Assembly: GCA_016748015.1 (NCBI GenBank)
Contig: JAAOMT010000523.1
Location: 866,156-930,155 of the forward strand
DNA length: 64,000 nucleotides
Reading direction: 5' to 3'
DNA from: Geosiphon pyriformis uo1
Taxonomy: Eukaryota; Fungi; Glomeromycota
Part shown: positions 53,952 to 64,000 of the stretch, piece after piece
Layout: every line of letters begins with the position of its first letter
Numbering within the stretch: position 1 is the stretch's first letter
Made by a program: the position numbers and the translations under genes
The notes under the pieces: generated by a model
What the model was told of the DNA's origin: nothing
The model's input: the letters and a program-made list of their open reading frames with translations, nothing else
Databases searched by the model: none

Positions 53952-56900
53952 TTTGGTGCTTTCTGTAAAATATAATCCTACAGAGAACCAGCACCAACAA
54001 ACACTCATCTGAACAGTGGCAGAATCCAAAGAAACAGGAACAAAACATTTGGAATTTGCAAAATCTTTATTCAAACACTATTACACTTATCTTGGATTAA
54101 CAAATAATAGTTGGCCAACAGAATCAGCTTTTAACTGCTATGTTAATGAGAAAATAGTATATTATTTGGAAAACCAAGAAGATCCAAAATCTGCCTTTAA
54201 CAATTTCTTTAGTAAACTATTCCAAAGCACCACTTTTGTACAAAACTACTTATTTGCATCCTTAATCACAGAAATAAACAAAGAAATTGAAAGATACACC
54301 AAGCAGAGATTTCCTATCACTTTTGCTGACAAGGAAAAAGAAAGATTACAAACATGAACAGGAACACTAAAACAAATCCAACTACCTACTTAGAAGAAAC
54401 AAAGATTTGATTCACCTGCTAATCTATTATATTACCACACACCTGGAAGTACTATCAACATAATAAACACAACTATAGTAAGCACAACAACACCATTGAA
54501 CAGAATCTTGTTCCAAAGTAAACAAAAGAAAGCAGAGCTATTAGAAACATACAGTGACTATTTCAAGGAATTTAAATTACGATTCCCAATGTCATCAGAA
54601 ATTTGATTACCATCACCACAACCAGATTTCAGAGCCATTAGTTCTTGGGAAATAACCAACTCTAAGAAAAAGGAAAGTAATGATCAGAAAATTAGCAAGC
54701 AAAATCTGATTTTAGAAAATTCGGAAATCAAACTCAAAATATTCAAACTCCAGAAAATCAGAATGATCTAAACTCCAACATAATTAATCAGCAAAACTTA
54801 CTTCCAATAATCGAGATCAATCTACCATTCATTCTACCAATTGCCAAATAGCAATAACAGCCACAACTGCTATCCCAACAACAATTCTAATAGCAACTAC
54901 AACAACAATCACAACAAATGGCCTATGCTCTAATTGCCAAAATAAAAAAATTTACTAGCAAGGAGGATGATGTCCAAGTATGGCTCAACAATATGAAAAA
55001 AGCCATTGCAGCCAATAGATGAAATAATGATAAAGTTTTTCAAGTGATCTCCTATTTTTTCCAAGATACCATCATAAAGCAAGAAAAAACTGAAGCAGTT
55101 ACTACTTATCTAAGATGCTTCCATAGAAACCTGCACTAAATACAAGTAATTAATGTGAATTACTTTACAGTGCCACAGATTTTGAACCAGTTTATCTGTG
55201 GACTACGCAATAGCTTTCTTTAATGCATATGTTCAATATACCTACAAACTTTTTAAGACACAGTTACTAATGCACAAGATTTTGAATTCATTAAACTTGA
55301 AGCCAATCATGCCCAAGCTGTAAATTTAGTAATGAATGGATTATCTGAATTGAATTCTAAATTAAAACAATTTAGTAAATCAATCAATCAGAAACTAAAA
55401 GAGTACTTAGCTAACAATAATCAGAACATATATCAATTGTTACAACATCACAACAATCCCAGAACCATTAATTAGCAACAATATTAGTTACATTCCATAA
55501 CAACATAATTATTATGGCAGCAAAAAATGCATATTTGCCACAACTGTAGTAAACAAAAACACATTAGGATTAATTGTCATGCCAAAATTAATAATTAACA
55601 ATTAGGAAATCAATATTGAAATCCCAATTGCCAATTCCAAACTCCGAATCAATACTCAAATCAGAATCAATATGCACCTCATTACACCCAAATGACACAA
55701 CAGCCAATTTATTAACCACCAATATATCAAGTTTTAATTTATCAACTGGCAACACCTGTAATTTATCAGCAACAGCCACAATCTATCTATTAACCACAGT
55801 CCCAAGTACTATATCAACCTCAATAAATTTAAACACCACCACAAAACTTACCTCAAACTGGAACACAAAGCCCAAGAATTACACAACAAAACTGGAGATT
55901 AGCAATAGTTATCCATCAACTGATTTCCAGCTTTTCCACCCAATAATCAAGAACATGCTCTCAGAATTTGGAGACTAGATATGCCCAAAACCTGAATTTC
56001 CAACACTATTTAAGTCTTCTGGTTACTCCAGAAGATGCCTTACTCAACAACCAGAAACTCAATCAAAACAAATTACTTACCAGCAACATACCTCCAGCCA
56101 CTATTACCAATGACAAATTATTAGCAGCAATCTTCTTATTTGAATTTGAGAAACTGTCATTTACACCTTTGTTCAGTGGAGTCATGCTTGAAGAAAAACT
56201 GATTACCACTATGTACACTAATGCTAAAGTTGATGGCCACCCCATCAAATTCATATTAGATAGTAAGTTAGCAGGCAGCATTATCACATAACAACTCATG
56301 AACCAATTAGATCACCAAGTTGATAATACTGCCAGTGCCAGAATCATAACAGCCGATAAAGTGACCAAAATTCCAATTGGCAAGATTGATAACTTCCTCA
56401 TAAAAGTCAATGGCATTATTGTACCAATCAAGGTATTAGTCATGAAAGCCACTCAGTATTAAGCACTTATTGATAATAACTGGTTGTCCAAAACTAACAT
56501 GACACTTGATTGGAACATGCAAAAGCTCTAATTAAGTCAGAACAGTTAACACACATGTGTACCAGCCACGTGTGGCCACTTCAAATCTATCATCACACCA
56601 TCAGCACCTCTTATCAAGTTTGACAATGAAAAAAAAAACCTACCTAAAAAGCTTACCAAGTATTATAGGCTAATGACAACCACAACAAATTACTACCAAT
56701 ATTGTTTTAGGACAACAAAGAGAAGAAAAAAAAAAGAACATACTTAGAAGACTGACCAAGAATTTTAGACAAACAACAACCAAGCCAAGCCACCACCAAT
56801 TTGGACTTGGGAGGAAAAAGAAAAAGAAAAAAAAAAACCAGCCCCAGCCATTATATCAACATATATTTCTTATACTATATCCCAACACCAAACAAATTAC

Positions 56901-59900
56901 CAATGACCCAAACTCATATGCATCAATTGTGGCAAGAAATTGTCATCAATGGGCACATGCTGTGATGATGATGAGGAATACTTAACAGCAACAAAGTTCT
57001 ATTGTTACCCATGCATCCTGAAACATTTTAGATGACCAAAACAGCAAGAAAAATGAGATAATAAACCTTGTCTCACTTGTGAAGAAACTTTATTAGATAA
57101 AAAAATATGGAACAACATTCCTGGACAAGAAAAAATCTATGACAAATTGTGCCAATATATGATTCTAATTAGTGACTGGATATGAAAAAAGACTTCAATA
57201 GAAGCCACCTGAAGAAGAGCAGTAAAATGTTTGAATGGTTGTCCATATGATGACAATGAAATCTGGCAAATAGCACTCATTAAATTGAAGAAGCATCAAC
57301 AGAAGAAATAAAAACAATCAAAAACAACCCACCAGAATCCATAAAACTCAACTGGAGCCCAAACTCAAATATTATCCTAGAGTCTATGAACTCAGAACAA
57401 TTCCATAAACACTACCAAGAATTAGCACCTACTTGAAAAGAACAAGAACAATGCTTGGAAGAAATCAACACTCAACTATGTGACCACTGTTTGATCTTAT
57501 ATGACTTTTAATATTGTAATAAATATGACCTCATTTACAATCTACCACCACACATAATCTATATGATCCCAGAAGAGAAAAAACCAATTAGCAGTTGTGC
57601 ATCAGAATCAGAATCAACTTTCAATTCTGCTTCAAACTCTGACAATGACAATAATGAAAACAATAATTCCAACTCTGCTCAATATGGCAACAAAAATAAC
57701 AATAATTTGAACTCTGATTCAAACCCCAAAACATACATCACACTTCTTAATCTCTCTAAGAAGCAGAAACTCAGATGGTACAGTGACAACAATAAAAAAA
57801 TTATGCCAGAACATATACATAATACTGATGCTGGGTTTGATCTGAAATATCCAGAGAAAGATGTTATCAAATTGGAACCACATTTGTGCACTTGTATTGA
57901 TCTGAAAATAGCACTGGAAATTCCAGCAACAATAATGGTTCAACTAACATCTAGGAATAGCTTGGTAAAAAAAGAAATCAACATCAGAGGAGGAATAATT
58001 AATGCAAGATATGTAGGAAATATTATTGCAATACTACAAAATAACTTAGAAAGGCCTACATCATAAAGCCAAATGAAAAGATAACACAAGCAATATTCCT
58101 GTCTCTGGTTAAAATAGCTCAATTAGTATCAATAGGAGACAGAAAAAAATTAGAGATTACAGCTAAAGGAATACAGAGTTTCAGATCTATAGGTAAAATA
58201 GAAGTACCAATTAATATAGCAGAGAAAAAAATTGTTAACAAGAGAGAGATTATCTTCACCTGTTAATCAATTTCCATTTCACCATATAACCAGTACATGT
58301 TAATCATAGAGAGAAAAGTGAAGGACCAGGTTCAGATTTTTGAGGCAGAAGCAACACTTTGTGAATTAGGAGAGATTGGATTAGTCAATCTACACATACC
58401 AGCCAAAAACTACAGTTACATCAAAATTCTTATTTACAACAACATGAAAAATATTATTGAAATATCAGAGAAAACTACCATTGAATATTTAACCACCAAA
58501 ATTGAAAACCAACTGCCAAACACTATTTCAAACTTTCTACAGCTGTGTGCATATGTAGATATTACATCTCAAACAATATACAGATAAAAAAAATGTTATC
58601 TGTTCTAACCAGAACAATTGGAACAGATAAACTTGGAAAATTTAGACTCATTACAATATATGCAGCTCAAAATGTTACTCAACAACTTTAATAACATCTT
58701 TGCCAGTAAAAACAAATTTGGCAGAACTGACATAATTCAGCATCAAATTAAGACTGAAAATACTATGCCAATCAAACAAAGAGCATACAGAGTACTACCA
58801 GCCAGCCATAAGATCATTTATCAAGAAATCAATCAAATGCTTGACAATAAGCTAATTCAGCCATCAATAAGTCCATAAGAAAAATAGAAAAATCCACTTT
58901 TGTGTGGATTACTGGAAACTGAATGAAGTAACCAAAGGTGATAGCTACCCAATCCCAAAGATCCAAGAGCTGTTCAATGCTTTTGGGGGAAAGAAATAGT
59001 TTTTGACTTTAGACTTAGACAGTGATTACTGGCAAATAGCCATGAAACCAGAAAACAAAGAGAAAACAGCTTTTACAATATAAAAAAGAAATTTTAAATT
59101 TGAAGTGATGCCATTTGGCTTGATGAATACTTCTGCTATATTTCAACAGCTTATGAAAATTGTCTATACTGGACTGCTATAGAAATTGGTAGTCATATGT
59201 CTGGATGGCACTAATGTGTTCTTAAAAACATTTGATAATCACTTGCATTATTTCCAACAAGTATTTGAAAAGCTAAAAAGAGCCAAATTAAAACTAAATA
59301 CAACCAAGTGTTTCTTTAGAAAAACTGAACTCAAATTTTTGGGATATGTCATGAGCAAAGATGAAATCAAAACAGATCCAGACAAAATTAAGATAGTTAA
59401 GAACTTTCTAGTATTAAATAATCTCACAAAATTAAAAACATTCTTGGGATTTGCTAAATATTACCACTGCTTTATCAAAGATTTTTCCAAAATAGCTCAA
59501 CCATTACACCAACTCCAAACAAAAAACACCAAATACAAATAGACTGAAACCCAACAAAAAGCTTTTGACATACTGAGAAGAAAACTTATTCAAGCCTTAG
59601 TATTAATCTATCCAGACTACAACAAACCATTTATCATTAGCACTGATGTATTTGGTCAAGCATTAGGAGGTACTATCTTAAAAGAGACTGGATAGACAAG
59701 AACACCCAGTAGTTTATGTCAGTAGAAGCTTAAGTCTAGCTGAAAAAAATTATAGAACTTTAGTACTAGAACACTTAGCTATCTATTGGGCTGTCACCAA
59801 ATAGAAAAAATACTTGAGTCAAAAATTTGATATATACACTAATCATAAAGGATTGACTTCAATCCAAAAGCAAAAATTTGGAAACAATTGTTATGTCAAA

Positions 59901-62118
59901 TAGAAAATAGAACTTGCACCATTTAATTATACAGTACATTACAAAAAAAGAAAAGAAAACAGAAATGTCGATGGTCTGTTGCAAATAAGACAAATCTAAA
60001 AACATTTCAAACCCAAAAATATAACAAAAAAATGAATATACAAAAATACTAACAACTCTAATATTATATAAATATCCAATTGTTCAAGGAGAAATTATCT
60101 TAGAAAAAACAAGATAACATAAAACAACAATCAAAATATTTTATCAATCATCACAATATACTTTACTAGAAGAACAAAAGAAATCCAGATTAACCAACCA
60201 GAGTAATTACAAAACCAGAAAAAGAGACAATATTGTTCAATATGCACTCAAATCCAATAGCAGAATATTTTCACAAAGAAACAACCATAGAAAGAATCAG
60301 AAAAAAATATTATTGGCCATCAATGTATTCAGACATCATTCAATATGTTCAAAATTGTGATGTTTATCAGAAAAGAGGAGGAACAAAACCCAGTAAATTA
60401 TTGAAACCAATCAAAGTAAGACAACTATTTGATCATATTAGAATTGACTTAGTTGGACCATTAACAATTATCAGCAGAGGCAACAGATATATTGCAGTAG
60501 CCATGAATTATCTCACAAAATGGCCAGAAGCAAAAGTCATTCAAAGAGCAGATGCAGAATCCATTGCCAAATTCGTTCATTAAGATTTGATCTGTCAACA
60601 TGGATGTCCAAAAGAACTACTATCAAATCAAGGAACTCACTTTGTGAATAAAACATTGGCAGAATTAAGTTAAAGATTTGGGATAAAAAGACCATTATCA
60701 TCACTATATCATCTACAAACAAATAGGTTAGTTAAAAAGTTTAACTGAACATTGTGTGAAGTAATCACCAAAATCAGCCAAAAAAACCAGGACAAATAGG
60801 ATTTGTTTATACCATCAGTATTATTTGCTTACAGAACAATAAAGCAAGACACTACACAAGCAACACTATTTGAATTAGTATATAGTAGAACAACAATATT
60901 ACCAGTTAAGATAGAAGTCAAAACATATCTAATAGAACCAATAACAGAAGAGAATTTTCAAAGAATATTGTTAAGAAAAACATATGACTTAATAGAGACA
61001 CTAGAAAACAAATGACAAAAAACAGCTAATAACATCCAAAAGTTACAAAAAAAACAAAAAGAAAGACACAATAACCAATTACCAGATAAACCAGTCGAAT
61101 TTAGGATTGGAAACAAAGTACTTTTACATTATACCAAAGTGAAAAAACAATGAAATGGAAAAATTGACTCCAAATGGGATGAACCATTTCACATAAAAGA
61201 AATTCTAGAAAATAGAGCTTATAAATTAAGATTAAACAACAAAATCTTAACCAAAGCAGCACATGGAAATTGACTAAAATTATATCAAAACATAACATCA
61301 ACATTCACCAGTAATATTTTACAACTGGAAGCACAAAAAATATTAGTTCAACCAAATAAGATTCCATGAGATCTGGAACCAATTATAGTTATTGAACCAA
61401 ATATGTTAAATTGAACAACCAAAAAAGTATATGAAGACACAATATACACGACAAAAGCAACAAAAAAAAATAGAAATACCAGATCATATTTACACTTTAG
61501 CTCAACAATTGTTTTAGGCTTTAAGTCAACAGCAAGTAAACATGGAAATTATTATCAACAACCAAACAATCTGTTATCAAAACACCAAACAAAAAGGGAA
61601 AAACACACCATATTAGTGACTACAAAAACAGTTAATAAACTGGTCAAATAAAATAGTAGAGAAAATAAAGAACACTTTTGGAAAGATAACTGTTATGATT
61701 CCAACAGAAGAACTGATGAAAAAAAATTAGAACCAATAGATAAACCAATTTCCAATACCATACTGTTATTATTAATTGGAACAAAAAGTAGACATTCAGA
61801 AGTTATATCTTAACAAATCCAAGAGAATCTTTAATCAAAAAATAATCTGAAACATTGAAGACATTATTGGAAAAAAAACAAACTTGACATTACATATTAA
61901 AACTATTTATTGACTACACACTATATTTCAAAACTATTCAGAAGTATTGTTACACTTTGACATAGAAACAATAACCATTAACCAATAAAGAAGAATGAAC
62001 AACTCACAAATTGAAAAAATAAAGAGTAGGGTGAAACAGATGCTACTTAAAAAAGAAGTATTTGACATAATTCAAAATAAAAATTTCAATAAAGCTCAAT
62101 ATTAAAAGAAAGAGATAA

Positions 62119-62964
62119 TGTTACTTATAAAAAAAAACAAATATAGAAAATAGTAGACCAATAGAAGGGTAGTAGTTAGCATGTAAACATATTGCTCAAT
62201 AATGTAAAATAATGTTAAAAAATTAGGGTACATTGCTCAGCAATATAAGCATTGCTCAAGAAATTATAGCACATTACTTGGGAATGTAAGTAATCTTGTA
62301 GAACATTAATTATGTATATATAACAGTAGCATTAGAAGAAGAAAAGACAGACCTCTCAGTTTAGATTTGATCTAAGCAATCTTCTACATTACAAATATCA
62401 ATAAATAATTATTCTATATCTTAAACCCACTTTTTACTATTAACACTTTATGTTGATAGTAATTAATAATTAACTACACTGGAACAATAGCTCTTAATTA
62501 TGGCTATTAACAGGATATTAACTTGTAATTGCCTTGGCTTATTTCTTATTTTCTTTATTTTCTTTTATTTTTTTTTGTTATTTCTTTTTGTTTTACTAAA
62601 TTGATTAAAGATTAAAACACTGAATTATTGACATCAAGATATAGCACTGGTAAAAGACCCAGGAATAAGGATAAACACTTAGATTTGAGAATAGCTTACC
62701 AGAAGATTGCCAGCCACTATGCCAAGAAAAAAATTGACAGAATTGCAATTTCAAAAAGTGATAGACAACAACTACTTAAACCCATAGGTAACACTTAAAA
62801 CACCATTAAACAAAAACCACATTAAAATCTCTGTTCATTATACAAAGAACTCAACAAAAACTTTCAGATACAAACAACTTTCAGAAACCAACATCATTAT
62901 ATTTATTTAGCACCAAGTTATGAGTTTGTTATTTGCTTTAAGACCCAAATAATCACTTGTAACA
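62119..62964 (+). repeat. 3' LTR of element D
   Basis: Preceded by the purine tract aaaagaaagagataa; ends TGTAACA. Confidence 0.92.
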
Positions 62965-63854
62965 GTGCTTTTGATTTTGGCATTTGCTATTCTTCAGATC
63001 TTGTCCTTATTGTGTGGATAACTATCCAAGCAAGAAATTGCTTGGTGCCATGCAACAGTAATCAGTGTGCTATGACTGATCCAGTCACTTATAAGAATTA
63101 TGTACTGGCATGAAGTGTTACACATTCCTTTTCGACCAGAAATGTTATTCTACATTCCTTTGTCGAGTAGCTGTTCTCTACAAGCAAGACATGGTTTGTT
63201 GTCCCACTTGCCTTGTCATTTTGGATAGCTGTACTGCTTTCAGTAACATAGTTTACAATAATAGTGGGTTCATATTTAGTAGTCTTTGTTGGGCATAATC
63301 CAAGCTCCCATGAAAGAAAGTTTTTTGTTACAATTTTGGCATTTAAGTGGAATATATGGTGATTGCTTTAATGACTTGTGTGAGTAGGATCTTTCCCAGC
63401 CACTAGTTATTTTTTTTTTGGTAATATTTTCTTTTAGTGCATCTTCTTTCTTTTCCTTCTTTTTGTCATCTCAAGAAAATACTGATGGCAACTTATTGTG
63501 TTCAATATTAGTCTAAAAAACTTGGTAGGCTTCTCAGGTAGGTTTTTTTTCTTCATTCTTGAATGCAATAAGTGGTGCTGTTGTATTGGTACTAGGTTTA
63601 AAATGACCACAGGTAGCTGATACTTGTATGTATTTATTGCTTTGGCTGAATTGCAGCTTTTGTGTGGTCCAATCAAGCATTGTATTGGTTTTGGATAACC
63701 AATTATTGCTGACAAGTATTTGGTATTGAGTGGCCTCTATCACTAAGACTTTGATGGAGATGATAATATCATTGACTTCAAATGGGAAGTTATCAATTTT
63801 GTCTATAAGAGTTTTGGTCACTTTATTGGCTGTAATGATTTTGGTGCTGACCAT

Positions 63855-64000
63855 TGTTACTCATAGAATATAGAAAGTATATTATTAGCAAATAGATATT
63901 AACCAATCAGAAGTAGACATAGTAAATGTGGAATTCCAGGATTCCTCTTAGAGGAATTGCAAGATTTCAGGAATTTCAGGATTCTCCAGTAAAGAATTGC
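63855..64000 (+). mobile_element. Element F: start of another LTR (C-type U3) inserted in the protease region of C; runs off the window
   Basis: TGTTACTCATAG...ccaatcagaagtag...gaggaattgcaagatttcagg matches the reverse complement of 47160-47279. Confidence 0.85.

Larger units (their letters stand above)
53083..62964 (+). mobile_element. Element D: near-full-length (9.9 kb) degenerate Ty3/Gypsy retrotransposon nested in C
   Basis: LTRs at 53083-53951 and 62119-62964 (TGTTAC...TGTAACA). PBS TGGTGCTTTC at 53954; PPT 62104-62118. Gag capsid ~54918, CCHC knuckle ~55536, protease ILDS(K) ~56254, dUTPase ~57825, RT ~58900-59370, RNase H ~59630, integrase HHCC/DDE ~60240-61290. Confidence 0.93.
46440..63854 (-). 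mobile_element. Element C: degenerate Ty3/Gypsy element (3' LTR, PPT, IN, RH, RT, dUTPase, Cys modules, protease), interrupted by E, D and F
   Basis: Minus-strand ORF remnants at 47293-53082 and 62965-63854. The host sequence rejoins across the E and D insertions. RT motif YLDN at ~51150. Confidence 0.88.

Noticed and set aside
40081-64000. APOBEC-type cDNA editing as the cause of the G>A excess
   Set aside because: C>T changes also occur on the coding strand, and the two LTRs and TSD copies diverged independently after insertion, pointing to genomic mutation on both strands.

Overview
This is AT-rich, intron-rich fungal nuclear DNA. The gene and repeat families point to Glomeromycotina/Mucoromycota. 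The retroelement proteins resemble ones I recall from Geosiphon pyriformis, but that is unverified. Bases 1-40 kb are gene space: the 3' part of an ING-family PHD gene, TRM11, a homeobox gene with an ~11 kb microsatellite-rich upstream desert, intronless ORC2, an intronless secreted 3D-domain (MltA-like) protein, RPC19, POLD4, CSL4, AAT2, MPE1/RBBP6, and a pseudogenised gene of a PD-(D/E)xK-like family. Bases 40-64 kb are a nest of hypermutated (C>T/G>A) Ty3/Gypsy LTR retrotransposons. These carry a dUTPase, three extra Cys-rich modules between protease and dUTPase, and a ~230-aa in-frame extension after integrase; where both ends of an insertion are visible, the TSDs are 4 bp. Best leads: (1) the secreted lytic-transglycosylase-like protein, (2) a candidate 7-nt poison micro-exon in MPE1, (3) WRPW and eh1-like corepressor motifs in a fungal homeodomain protein, (4) the unusual retroelement architecture and its RIP-like decay. 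All exon boundaries were read by eye; no searches were run.
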